A DNA stretch of 58,621 nt, the filler included, from Sluysia triapertura (taxonomy: Eukaryota), in NCBI GenBank assembly GCA_046118255.1. It is 4 parts of 4 records of this genome, joined end to end, with 100 filler letters (N's around TTAATTAATTAA, not from the genome) between each part and the next. Parts side by side here need not be neighbours in the genome. Positions count along the whole stretch, not along the records: positions 14,164 to 33,214 come from JBJNIA010099768.1; positions 33,315 to 45,454 come from JBJNIA010134954.1; 2 more parts are not named here. The stretch is one strand, 5' to 3'. The notes beneath the pieces were generated by a model, which was not told the origin of the DNA, searched no databases, and was given only the letters and a program-made list of their open reading frames with translations. The translations under genes were made by a program, and so were the position numbers. Below are positions 29,365-41,691 of the stretch, piece after piece (positions within the stretch are counted from its first letter, which is position 1; every line of letters starts with the position of its first letter).

Positions 29365-31220
29365 TAGGGTGGGTTGAAAAGAAAACTTTATCATGGAACT
29401 CAGGAAAACTTTGTGTTTGCATGTGAAAAGAAAGAAAATCACAAAGAAATTATTTCTGTACACTTGTAAGTGCCCCATTTTTAATTTAGAAAATACTCGC
29501 TTTAATGGTATTGACAACCACAGCAGACTTATCAAATGATGAGCACACCTAACGTAAATCAATACTGTTTGCAAATATAAACAGTCAAGCAATGATAATT
29601 ACTCACAGAATTACTCACAGTATTCTTGTTTTGAATCAAAACGAGGCACTGAATTGCGAGAATTTACTCGTGCACGAATAAAGCCATCTCTGACCTCAAA
29701 ACCAGAAACAGCTTTTGAGGCATCTGTAACCAGTTTTATGCAACATTCCACTCCTTGAATGTGGTTCTTGTAATTCAAAGTGAGAGGCTCATTGCTGAAT
29801 TTTGCAATATCATCATCTGTCAGCTTCATCGTGAGTGGTGGTTCCTGGATATCGTCCCAGTAGTTTGTCGCATCAAAGTTAATCGGTGGAACTTTAAACA
29901 GACGTATTGTAGCTGTAGATGCATGGAGTCTTCGCTGGAGTATAATATCTACTGCTCTTGAACGAATAATTTTGTCTGAATCAGCCAGCATAGCAATAAG
30001 AATATTTTCGGAATGAGCAAAATATGCACTGTGACTAACGTAAGGCTTGACAATAGCAGCAGTTTCACTGGAAAGTTATTTGAGAGGTTGAGCTACATGA
30101 TATACATGTCTTGCACCATATGTTCATGAGGGATTGTGTTCTATGGTGAACAGTTTGCAGCATAGTTAGTTACAATGAAGTGCGTGATGATACAAAGGTT
30201 AACAGAAGGATTGTTTGTAGCAACATACAAGCGGCAAACCCTGTTGACAAAAGTAAGCCATCGTGACTGATTTAGAGGACCAAGCTTTCTAGCTGATAAA
30301 TTTTCAGAAACAACGCCAGTTCTAATAGCTTTACAATATTATATAAATATTTCTGGTCACATGACAGATCAGCTAACACAGAAATATTGTGTTGACTTGT
30401 AATCTTTGTAAAATTAGCAATATGTTTCAGTTGCAGTGATAACATTCATGACAGTGGGACCACTGAAACTCGTTGCTCCAGATTAGCCCATCTCGTTTCT
30501 TCTTTAGTTTTCCGTTGTAAACGCTTCTGCAATCTGGTTGTTGCTTCGAAGTCTATATTTGCAATAAACATTTTGCGACAGTTTCTTTGATCATATAAAA
30601 ACAGCCGTTAATCTGGAGGAACTTTCAAATTTCTAGGACAATGACAAGATTCGCATACTTGTTTTGTAGAATTTTCATAAGACATACTGCACTTACATGC
30701 AGCTATATCAAAAAATGAGTCCAAAGTGACTAGAAACGTAGACTGATGTGTTGAACTTGATTTAGAACGAGACAGTTCTGAACCTGTTGAAATCATTGCT
30801 TCCACATGTTTGATTACAGATCGGTAATGCATTATTAGAATGGAAGCTTTGTTCCACAGACTGATAACAGCATCTGTATTTGTCTTTGTTTGATCATTCT
30901 TTCTTTTTTTCATATGCAAGAAATACTGTGAAACTTGAAGATTTGTTGGCAGTACATTGTGAGGAAGTTCACTGGCATCGCCAAATACAGAATGTTAAGT
31001 TACAAAACATTCAATATATTGTTCTAAATAAATAACTTACAATCTAAATAAACAACAGGCATACAAATTAGAAGCAAAATATACATACTTAAAAGTAATA
31101 AAGTAATAGTAGAATGCATCACGTTGAAAATGCTGATTAATCCAATTTTTCAGATTTAAAAATGGGGCTAAAATTCAGTAAAAATGAATAATAGCAAACA
31201 CAAACAAATGCAAACAAAGA
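29365..31220 (-). mobile_element. hAT-superfamily (hATm-like) transposon, copy B, internally deleted
   Basis: Terminus TAGGGTGGGTTG at 29365. Subterminal inverted repeat gccccatttttaattt (29472) / atttaaaaatggggc (about 31154). Homologous to copy A but lacks about 645 bp (A 7746-8390) at a junction near 30490. Confidence 0.85.
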
Positions 31221-31796
31221 AGTGTAATTGAATAAGTACTTAATATGAATTACAATGAAGTGAAAATACTGGGCAAAACCTTGACATGTACTATAATTAA
31301 ATAGGACAGAGAAAATATTATCTACAGAGCTATATTATAATATCCAGTGCATGTAGATTATTATGGAATTGAAATGGTTAGTTAATATAATGTTGAATTA
31401 GGATGAAGCTAATTATAGTCAAGATCTTATATTATGAAATGAAAAAATATTACCATATATTTGAACAGTCCTTTTTTAATTACATTATTTGATAAACATT
31501 TTTGGCGTATCTGGAACGTAAATTTGAAAAATGTCCTTTGAGTAAATGTAGTATTGTAAGAATTAAAATAACTTCTAAATTAAATTAAATATTTCGTTAA
31601 GTATGACAGTTTTCATTGGTTAATAATAAATAAATATTTTATAAACTTAAATGTATTTTAAACTAGAACCGACATTTTGCATTACCATCTTTGCCAAGTT
31701 CAATGCAAAATTATAAATTGTAAGCCCAAAGTTTAAATTTTGACATTTTTTATAAAATAGCAATTATTATTATTTATTATGATTATGATTATTATT

Positions 31797-31810
31797 TATT
31801 ATTATTATTA

Positions 31811-31878
<68 letters not shown>
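31797..31878. repeat. (TTA)n microsatellite
   Basis: Long near-perfect TTA run. Confidence 0.95.
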
Positions 31879-31880
<2 letters not shown>

Positions 31881-33154
31881 TTGAATCTTACAATTTGAAG
31901 TCTTTTATTCACTAAAATTAAACTTATTTCTTTCTTATGACAAGTTATATATATTTAATAATTTATTACTAATTTTTTATATTTCTTCAATTAGGAAATT
32001 TATTTGAAGTTTCTTTTATAACATTTTGTAATTTTATTTAACTCGTAACTTTCTCGAGATCATTTTCTAGTAACAGTATTCGAGAAATTTTGAATGATGT
32101 TTTCAACAGATTCAAAAATGCTTTTTACATATCAATCCTTAAACCTTTCGTCTTCGATGATTTCTTAAACTTAACAAGTGTGATATTCTTTTATATGTAT
32201 GATTATTTATTATTTATATATTTATTATTTGTGACTATTATTACAGTGCTTTAAATTAAATAGTTTAAAAATGTGCAATTATCAATAAATTTTAAATCTT
32301 ATTAACTGATAGTGCTAAATAATATAACCACTCAAAAGAATATGACTAAACACTAAAAAAATGATCATCTGTTAAATAACGTGACTACTACTACTTCCAT
32401 AAAACGAAGTAGCATGAAATAAAATAACGTATTCACAAATTTAATTATTTATTTGATTAAATCATTAATTTTAAATTAATAAAATTGCATATGTCAAATA
32501 TATTAATTAAATTTTACCATTTTTAAAACTATACATATGTTATTTTATTTGATTATATCGTGACTGGTCATTTTTTTATTACCTTTATTGAAAGGTCCTA
32601 ATAAAATAATCATTATTTAATAATGAGTCATACTTATTGACATTATCTGTTAAAAGTACACTATTTAGATTCCATTAGAAAAGTTATTATTATGTTTTTA
32701 AAAATGAATTGTAAAAATGGAAATGTGTATTATTCTTTATTCATTAATTGATTTTACTTGACTAATTTTGCCGAAATTTCTCTTTTGTTGTTTGAGTTGT
32801 TTAAGTGACTTAGTAAAAATAGGTGTAATATATACATCCACTAATGCGTAAATATAAATATGTGAAACATTTAAAAATAGAAAAGATTTTAAAACAATTA
32901 CAATTTTAACTTTTAATCGAATACTCTGCATATCTATTACATAAATAGCTTCACCATTAGAAACAGTAGTATTTATAATATGTACCACCAAATATTTTTT
33001 CTATTTATAAGAATATAAAGTTCAAATAAAATAGAGTCATAAAATACAAATAATCACAGTAATTATTATCGACTTTAACCCCTTAATTCGCACACTCGAA
33101 TTAACTCGAGCGAGGTAAACCTGCAGAAATGAGCACACGAGTTAATTTGATTAA

Positions 33155-33214
33155 TATATTAAGTTGTTTGGTATTAGAATTAACTTGCGTTAGTTACAGA
33201 GGTGCCAACTACTA
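33155..33214 (+). repeat. Copy of the 3' end of the LTR at 40824-41691
   Basis: tagttacagaggtgccaactacta is identical to 41657-41680, with upstream similarity (attaagtt...tattag...acttg). Confidence 0.8.
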
Positions 33215-33314
33215 NNNNNNNNNNNNNNNNNNNNNNNNNNNNNNNNNNNNNNNNNNNNTTAATTAATTAANNNNNNNNNNNNNNNNNNNNNNNNNNNNNN
33301 NNNNNNNNNNNNNN
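33215..33314. other. Scaffold gap with artificial spacer
   Basis: N-run with TTAATTAATTAA. Confidence 0.95.
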
Positions 33315-33478
33315 GTAAGCTGGAAGATGGTCACGAAGAAGGTGCGAAGTTCTCAAGTAATAAATTAACATTAAATTTTATTCTTATATTTGCATTTTTC
33401 AATAATAATGTATATTTTATTATTTATTATACGATTTCTAGGTCAAGTTACAACATCCTTGGATTCATAGACGAAGAA

Positions 33479-34057
33479 ATGCAGCTGACTACAATTCTAA
33501 CGAACTCCTTTTTATACATAAACCAATTTAGTTTTTTAATAAATGTATATTATAGGTGTTACAAACTTTCTTGTTATTATAATGTAGCTATAAATCCTAA
33601 ATTATATGATAAGGTAAAACGAAATTTCGTCAATCCTAATAATAAAATAAGTCAGAAAGTTCCTAAGTTAAGCAACCAACAAAAGTTTAACAAAATCCTT
33701 TGTCCAGTCATGTATAATATTCATATAGTTAATCCACATGATTACGAAATCGAGGTCGAAATTTTGAATGATGAAATGACTGTTGATATTAGAGGTATAA
33801 TTAATCCAGATGAAGTTGGATTCTATAAGATTCTAAAATTCATTAATTTGTTACATCACAACATTATGATACGCAAACATTTCTACATTGATCACTCTAT
33901 AAGTAATTATCACATTCAGAAGTTTAAACTTTGTCATCCTTGTTTTTTTTCAATTCAATTCAAACTGACAAAACCTTCTATAACGTTAAAGTATATTAAT
34001 TTTACAACAAAATTACCACAAGCCTCCATAAGGTCAATATTCATTGTTAGAATTTAG
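33479..34057 (+). CDS. Repeated orphan ORF (192 aa), probably mobile-element encoded
   Basis: Paralog of 13516-14049. Lies just downstream of an LTR end, across a gap. Confidence 0.5.
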   Translation: MQLTTILTNSFLYINQFSFLINVYYRCYKLSCYYNVAINPKLYDKVKRNFVNPNNKISQKVPKLSNQQKFNKILCPVMYNIHIVNPHDYEIEVEILNDEMTVDIRGIINPDEVGFYKILKFINLLHHNIMIRKHFYIDHSISNYHIQKFKLCHPCFFSIQFKLTKPSITLKYINFTTKLPQASIRSIFIVRI

Positions 34058-35071
34058 AGTGAAAACTCGATTTGATAAATTAGTGCACAAAAAATTAACA
34101 ATGTCAACAGCTTATGCATATAATTAAATACAGGAACTGTTCGTGAATAGATTACTAATATAAAATATTGTTGAGAAATGTCCACGATGATCCTGTGTTG
34201 TTTGAATGATTAGATCTACTGTCGTTTCAGTAACAACTGAATGATTGTCGAAATATTTGTCGTTAGCAATAGTTTAAGCTTCTTCTATAGTTTAAATTTC
34301 TCCTAATAATTATTAACAACTCTTTATCTTCTTGCTTTGTAGATAATCTTTATGTCTTATTTTATGTGAGCTCGGATACTTGTTCCGATGATAGGAATGG
34401 GAACTCAAGCAAATCTTTATTTTACTTTGACATGAATTGTTACATTAGTTAATAAAGAATACTCGAATTCAATTTTATTCAAATATTATAGTCGACTATG
34501 ACGTGGCTTTTAACTTAGTTTTAATTTAAATCCTCGATTAAAATAAAAGTTTAATCTGTTCTTACCTTTTCTTTTCCTTTCTTGGGGTGCCATTTCCAAT
34601 AAACAATTAATAATAGAAACACGGGTTACACAAATAATTTATTAATATAACAGCTATAACAATAGTATTAATAAATAATATATAATTACAAACATATTAT
34701 AATTCAAATGTTTAACAGCTCAAATATTCAATAATAAGTATTATTACCTGTTCGATCATATAACCATTTTATTCACCAAAAAGATCGTTATGTTAACTTT
34801 CGAATTACGAGTGTATTCACGAAATGAATATGCATCACCAAAATGTTAGTTTATAAATCGGTGCGTTCAACAAAACGTCTTCTTTAAGTTTTCTCTTTAG
34901 TATTAACGATAATAATGATTGTGTTTGGCGTTCAGCAAAATGTCGACTTTCCTTTTAATATTTGCAGTGATAATAATGATAGATTTGAGTCGTTGCAATA
35001 ACAGTAATAATAATTGTGTCTCGTCCAGACATTTTTACTTGTATTTATATTGTTACAATTTATGTGGTTTT

Positions 35072-35250
35072 TGTAGTGTTCAGCCCATTCATAAATCGTT
35101 AATACATACAACACAAACATCCATTACATTTTACACCAATATATAATAACCTAAATAAAATATAATATTTCTCTTAGTAACCTAAATAACATATAATATA
35201 CGTTAATGTAAATAAATTATAATATACTTAAATTACAATAACTTATTATA
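35072..35250 (+). repeat. LTR-like repeat beginning TGTAGTG, second copy at 58531
   Basis: tgtagtgttcagcccattcataaa...acacaaacat...ttacaccaa.atataataa.ctaaataaaat matches 58531-58621. The 3' end is uncertain. Confidence 0.7.
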
Positions 35251-36530
35251 TAAAGTTACTTTATTTCGTCGTGACCACCTTCTCCAACTGCACCAACATT
35301 GTGTAAATTTTCACACCTTTTTTCTTTTATTATTATTCCTATTGTTCTAATGCATCTATGTCTCATTTTACTACTATTACTTCTACTGGTACTACTACTA
35401 CCCCCATCAATATTAATAATAATGAAAATAATAGTAGTAATGGCAGTGAAAATGGTAACGAGGAAATGGAAGATCAAAGATTATACGTTATCACTAGAGA
35501 AACAGACGAAATCATATATTATGATGACAGAAGATGGGAATGATAATAATATTGGTAGTAGTAACGATAATAATGAAGATGGGTTGATAGAAAACAGAAA
35601 TCCAGAAGAAAAATACGACGTGCAAGATCAAGATGGTGAAATAATCGAAACCGAGTTTGTTGTAGCGGGAGAAGACAATGAAGTAATAGAAAATGATGTC
35701 GTGACTGTAGAAACATGATTAAATGATCGAATGAACCCTACTTTTATTTGATCCGTGTACATATTCGATATAAATGAATCCAGCAGCTTCGAGTAACAGC
35801 CACTTCTGTAAATAATGGTATTGAATAATATTTAATTTGTTTTCTAATTTATAGTTTACTATTCTACTTTAAAAGCGTGATTGAAAAATAATTTATTCAT
35901 TATCAGATTTTAAATAATTAACTATTACTGATTACTTTCAAAATTGAGTAAAATAAAAATGTTAATATGTTGTCAGTATGGAATTTATTTTCGAGTTGAT
36001 GTTTAGAGATATTTCTGGTTAAAGATTGACTATTTTGGTTGATTGTTTGATAGTAGAATCAATATTAACATGAGACAAGTACTGTATAAAGGACAGAAGC
36101 TTCCGTGTGAATTGTATTCGAATGGCACCAGCTAGCAACAATGTGTGTGCTTGTGTAGGATGTAATTTTCGATCTATATAATATTATTCATTATTTTACC
36201 TACAATTTGTAAGTAGGCTGAATTTGTTATTTTTAATTTCGAATTTTCAACTTATAATATTGTATTTATTAAGAATAACAAGAGAAATTATATTCCTCCT
36301 AATGTATGGCACTAGGAGTTGTTAACAAAGTACGAAAATTGGATAATGTGAATATTTTTTCATTGTGATAATATTTCATGTCAAATTTAACATTATGAAG
36401 ATAATTATTATCATTATTATAATTCCTTTGCCATATTATTATAATTATTTTTATTTTATGTATTTTGTTTGTATAAAGCAAACAAAGAAAATATGAATAC
36501 CACTTCAAAAATTTTTCAAATAATTTTAAA

Positions 36531-38262
36531 ATGTTTTACCTCAAGAAAGTTTTCGAAATGTTCAGTATGTCTGAGGTGTACGAGAGAATGAGTCCAGATC
36601 CATTTACGAAATATCTGAATGGCAAATTACTTGTTTAAGTATCAGTACCTGGAAATGAATCAGATGAAAGTTACTCTATTGATGATGTGGTCGATGATTT
36701 TAACACAAGGTTTTCCGGAGTTGATTTGAGTGAAACTGTTAGCTTAGTTCGTTGTCGTTATGTTGCCGAAAAGATTGAAACTACTCGTGTCTATCCATTC
36801 ACTGGAGTTTTTAAAGAATTCATTTTAGATTTAGATATCACTGCTTTGTATCAAGATAGAAAATCAATTGGGTCAATCCCTGCAATTTTTGGTAGGACTG
36901 ATCAGTCAATGTTTGGTATCATCTGTAAAGATAAACAGCTGAACAAAATGTATCTCAAATGGGATATTTTAAAATATGTTAGTACAAGTGTCAAAGATGT
37001 AGTCGTAACGATACTAACTTACGTTAATGATTCTCAGCGACAAGCAAATAAGAACGTCGACCGGATTGTTGGTTTACATATGTTGAGGTTTATAAATGAA
37101 TCCACTGCAGTCGCATTAACTCATGTATGAGATAAAAATGATGTGAATTTCAAATTAATCGATTTTGAAAGAAGTTTGTTCAAAGATGAGATACCAACTG
37201 CTAGATATTCATTAAATTTATCTTTTTTTTATGACACGGTAGAAGTTCCAACTTACCGTGATATATTTTTATTAAGTACGATTTTAATTGAAGGAATTTT
37301 AAGTCATAATGAGTTTTACAATTTTGATTTTTTTAATGATTCAATTAATTTGTTTCGCTTAACTTATAATGATGAATATATATTTGAATTTATAAATGAT
37401 TTTGATTACAAGAATGTTATTGAAGTTAAAGTAGTTGTAGATGGAATGATCAATACTTTAAGTAGGTTAAATAAACTGTGGTACGATATAAATCACTTAG
37501 TACAAGAAACTATGATAGAATGTTTTATATTAACTAACGATGTCTTGACTTATTATTTTGATTTAAATAGTGTAATAAGTACATTTGTACCCTCATTCTG
37601 TTAAATTTTATAAAGTTTATTTTTATTTTTATTTTCACGAAAATAATAAACAATATTTTGAAATCAATTATAACAGTGTTATTCAGTTAGAATTGTTTCA
37701 CAATATTAAGATACTCAGTGTTGAAATTTTAAAAGTTTTTGAAGGTTTAAATTTAGATTTAGTACTGTACGAGTTTTTGATACAAATTCAGAGTTTTCTC
37801 CCAGATCATGATCGGGTTCTTGAAGTTTTACTAGAAATTCAGAAACCTATGAGTAGTTTAGAAGGTTAGTCATCAACCCCTCATTTGACAGCTGATTACA
37901 TGAATACTTGCAATTCAATTTATCTATTGTTTAATTTTCTTTTCTTTAGTGAAATGTATGGGCTTTCGAAACCTAAATTACTATGTTTTTATAAACTTTT
38001 GTGTAATTCAAACCTTAATATTAGTTTTTCATGTAAATATAATAACGTTATTGGTTATTTTCTTTCGATGAATTTTAATAACGCAAGATTAATAAATTTT
38101 AATTATATGAAAGAAATAAGTATTAATTACAGATTTTATTTTGAATTAACATTTAATTTTAATCGTAATCCATACCGGCCATCTCAACAATACGATTTTT
38201 CCGTACCGGTAGTTACTAAATCATTAAGTAAGATAGACAAATTTAAGATCAAATATCGTTAA
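36531..38262 (+). pseudogene. Interrupted long ORF containing an internal HSP70 ATPase-domain fragment (about 36975-37180)
   Basis: VKDVVVTILTYVNDSQRQANKNVDRIVGLHMLRFINESTAVALTHV*DKNDVNFKLIDF aligns with HSP70 V.[47 protein letters not shown]...LIFDL. 36531, 36687 and 37143 are in one frame. The flanks are unlike HSP70. Confidence 0.75.
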
Positions 38263-38701
38263 TAACGATAAGGAAACGAAGAGGAAAAATAAATCGATCA
38301 AACCAACTCCAATTAATTTTAAATGTAATTTTAATAATACAATTATACAAAATCCTAGTTTTTATTTCTTCTATTAATCTTTATACTTTTCATTATGCTT
38401 GCAACCAATCTTACGGTTGAAGCTATTAGGTTTCATCTATTTTTAACACGACAACGTAAACACATTCAGAAAGTTTAGGAAGCGTATATTCTTCGTTTAA
38501 ATAACCGGCCGGTGGCAGTGGTATCACTATTCACTTGGTCTTATTGATTCGAAAATATACAATATCCTTTCGTAGCATAACCAATGAATACACTAACAAT
38601 TTTAGGATTTTGTTAAATTTCAATTAAAATTTAATTTTATTTGATTTCATTGAATTCTATTCACGATACTCATTTTTATAACTTTTCATTTCTTTTCAGT
38701 T

Positions 38702-39186
38702 ATGGGATTTTATCGTTGCTCCATCTGCCTTAGACCACTACGTAAATACCAAGCTCGTGCGATGCCTTGCACCCATCGTTTTCATTTCAGGTGCATCTTC
38801 TTTCTCTATGACAACGCTCCTACAGACTATCCATCTTGCCCTTTATGTAGAGCAACTATTACAGCATGCAAAATTTATTACAAAAATCGATATAAACATC
38901 GATATGTTTTTGACACCGTTCATGTCTCATCTTCTTCAACTATGGCGCTTACTTCATTTTCTATTACTATTTCTTGATCTCCTGATAAAACTTGTATACC
39001 TTCAACCTCCACTTACAACCCGCCACTTGTCAAACCACCCGTTCCAAATCCCTCCGGCCTCACAAAGTCCCAAAAACGACATAGGGGAGGCGTGAATTAA
39101 AACGTTTTTATAAAGCTAATGGACTATACCGTAAACTTCATAATGACAAACCTAATCCTGTTTTCAGACGTAAGGACTTCTTTTAA
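38702..39186 (+). pseudogene. RING-H2 finger ORF with stop/frameshift in its tail
   Basis: CSIC-x11-C-x-H-x2-H-x2-C-x14-CPLC, followed by an S/T/P-rich and then basic tail across a stop at 38975-38977. Confidence 0.85.
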
Positions 39187-39329
39187 TTTTCCTCCTCTTT
39201 TCTTTTTCTAATTAAATTAAATGTAAATACTATAGTAATAATATAATAAAACTTACCAAATATTTTTTAAATTTTTTTATCCCTTATATCTGTATTATCC
39301 CTTCTTTTATATCTATTGTGTATTTTAGA

Positions 39330-40660
39330 ATGTCGAAACCAACCGGCAAAATCTTTTCCCAAATCAAACCATTTTACAGAGGTATAGATCGATTCTGTAA
39401 GGGAGACTCTAGTTCTACTCTGCTTCCTATTTCTAAAGTCAAACCTAATTCTATTAAGTCGGAAATAGATGATAACTTTGTGACGCATCTTTTTATTTTA
39501 TCACCATCATTTTCTTCAGTAGCAGTTAACGAACTTATCGGATTCCCTTCTGAGAATCCTACTATTATTGTAGCGGCGTCACGTGGAGTCTTAAAGGTGA
39601 CTATAATAATAGATTCTTCTCCCCTTCTTTTTCGAGTTTATAGCTATTCCTCACTGAAGCTCTAGAAATTTACGAAATCTCATATCATTAAAATACATGC
39701 CGATGAGTACCCCATTATTTTTGCTGTACTTTTTCCCATACCACCTAAGAAGATTAAATCTTGTTTAGTACCTTTGTACGACACTGACGTACAACATTTT
39801 GATGAATGTCAAGATTGTTTAACATTCACGCACATTTCCTCTCTTCCTGTTTTTGACGCCACCAAACTTATATTTGTAGCCTTTCATCACGTTTTAGACG
39901 TAAACAACAATCATCAGATTACTCAATTAGGCTTTATGCCTTATCACAAGAAATTTCATGCCATAGAAACTATAAGACCTAGAGTTAGAGTTCAAAATTT
40001 TTATAAAGAGGTTCACGGGATTAACGACGATAACCTTTCTGCAGCCAAGGATATTGATGATATCAGAAGTTTTTGGTTAGCTTCTCTACACGACAAATTT
40101 CTTGTCAGTCTATGTCCGAATCTAATCATTAAAACATTAGACTTTCCGTATGGTTGATTACGGAGATAGTGAACCTCACCAACATTCATCTAGTGTCCTT
40201 CTCGTCGGCCGACCCTTTTATAAGAGCAAAGCAGGTTTTACAATTATTGTATCCTTTTTTTATCTAAAATGTCGTGCTTGGATCTTATACATAATACTAT
40301 TTCTCTATTTGATTTCCTTCGGGTACACGACTCAACTTTTCTCCAAAAAACGTACCTCCCCCTCTTCCTCTTTCTACATTCACTTCACCTGTTCTTTCAT
40401 CTCCTTCTTATTCGAACCCTCCTTCTCCACTTTTATCTCAGATCGCATAACCTGTTCAGCCAGATAATTCGACTCCATTTATCGATGAGTTCTATGGTCC
40501 ATCGCCACTTCGGCCAGAATGCGAAACTCAGTTATTGCTGGAATCCGACTACGAGGTAGATCATCAGTCTACAGGTGTTGATTTGGACGATACTGAAGAC
40601 GAGTGGTATCAGCCATCGGACGCTCTATATTTCGACTGCTACGAAGAAAACTCTGATATT
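39330..40660 (+). pseudogene. ORF with a DEDD/DnaQ-like 3'-5' exonuclease fold lacking catalytic acids; interrupted
   Basis: ORFs 39318 and 39774 are in frame through one TAG. LIFVAFHHVLD...QITQLGFM...IRPRVRVQNFYKEVHGINDDNLSAAKDIDDI...LHDKFLV follows the DnaQ pattern (hhhDxE...IIEIG...P....HGIT...L..A...LVAHN). Confidence 0.6.
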
Positions 40661-40809
40661 TTGTGATTATATAATAATAACAATTTTGATTGGTTATACT
40701 AAATATCATGATTGTAAATTACATTATGTGTTTACATTTATTTATGTTTTATTGTTTATGTTTTCTTGAATTGTGTTTATTTCTTCTAAATTTGTGGACA
40801 AATTTTTAT

Positions 40810-40823
40810 AAACGGGGAAGTGA
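40810..40823 (+). other. Polypurine tract preceding LTR
   Basis: AAACGGGGAAGTGA immediately before TGT. Confidence 0.6.
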
Positions 40824-41691
40824 TGTTAGGTTGCCATCACAACCCTTTAAGATTATCTAAAACATTTAAAAAATTTAAAAATCACCTTAAAAATAGTTAA
40901 AAACCTTTAAACAACTATAAAACATTTATTTTCCAAAAAAGAAAAATATTTTTCCAAAAAAGAAAATAAGCTTCTAAAAATAGAATAGAAGCTTCTAGAA
41001 TGTTCTAGAATGTTACAGAACATTTCGTCGATTTCTATTGGCTGATGACTAGTATATAAACTAGCATCAGCTCAATAGTTAACACAATTGATTATACACA
41101 ATTTTTATTCACAAAGGATTATACACAGTTATTATTTGCAATTTATTATTCACAATTATTATTGGCAATTCACAATTTATTTACAATTTATGATTCACAG
41201 TTGATCAGTTGCAAGTCTTAATATTATTATCAAATTACAATTCGTTATACCAATTTTGGACGGAGCTTTCCAACAGCAGTTACTGCAGAAGAATCGGAAT
41301 TATAATATACTTTAATCATTTGGTAAGATTTATTAATTATAAGGCAGTTTCAATTTTAAATTAAAACTTAAAAACCACTTAAATTCAATTTTAAGGACCT
41401 TTCATCGTCCGATCTAGTGAGGTGAACTTTTAATTTTTTAAAATCTCAAAGTGAAATTGAAGACCCTCAAAAGTTTCGATTATAAAATCAATTATTTTAT
41501 CTTTCTTTTTATATACCTCTATATATACACTTGTTAACGAGTATAAATTTTTGTAATATATATTGCATTTTTCTTTATTTAATTTAGATAGATCGATTTA
41601 AGAGACCCTCCAATTAGTTATCTTATTAAGTTTTTAGATATTAGATTTCACTTGTGTAGTTACAGAGGTGCCAACTACTAGTTGTAAGACA
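40824..41691 (+). mobile_element. LTR (about 870 bp, TGT...ACA)
   Basis: Preceded by a PPT, contains a promoter, and its 3' end is repeated at 33155-33214. The exact 3' boundary is inferred. Confidence 0.65.
40987..41060 (+). promoter_or_regulatory. Heat-shock promoter: HSE array + inverted CCAAT + TATA
   Basis: aGAAg cTTCt aGAAt gTTCt aGAAt gTTAc aGAAc aTTTc (40987-41026), ATTGG (41037-41041), TATATAAA (41053-41060). Confidence 0.85.

Noticed and set aside
35256-35718. Several overlapping ORFs with acidic/low-complexity content
   Set aside because: Driven by trinucleotide-rich sequence; no domain recognised.
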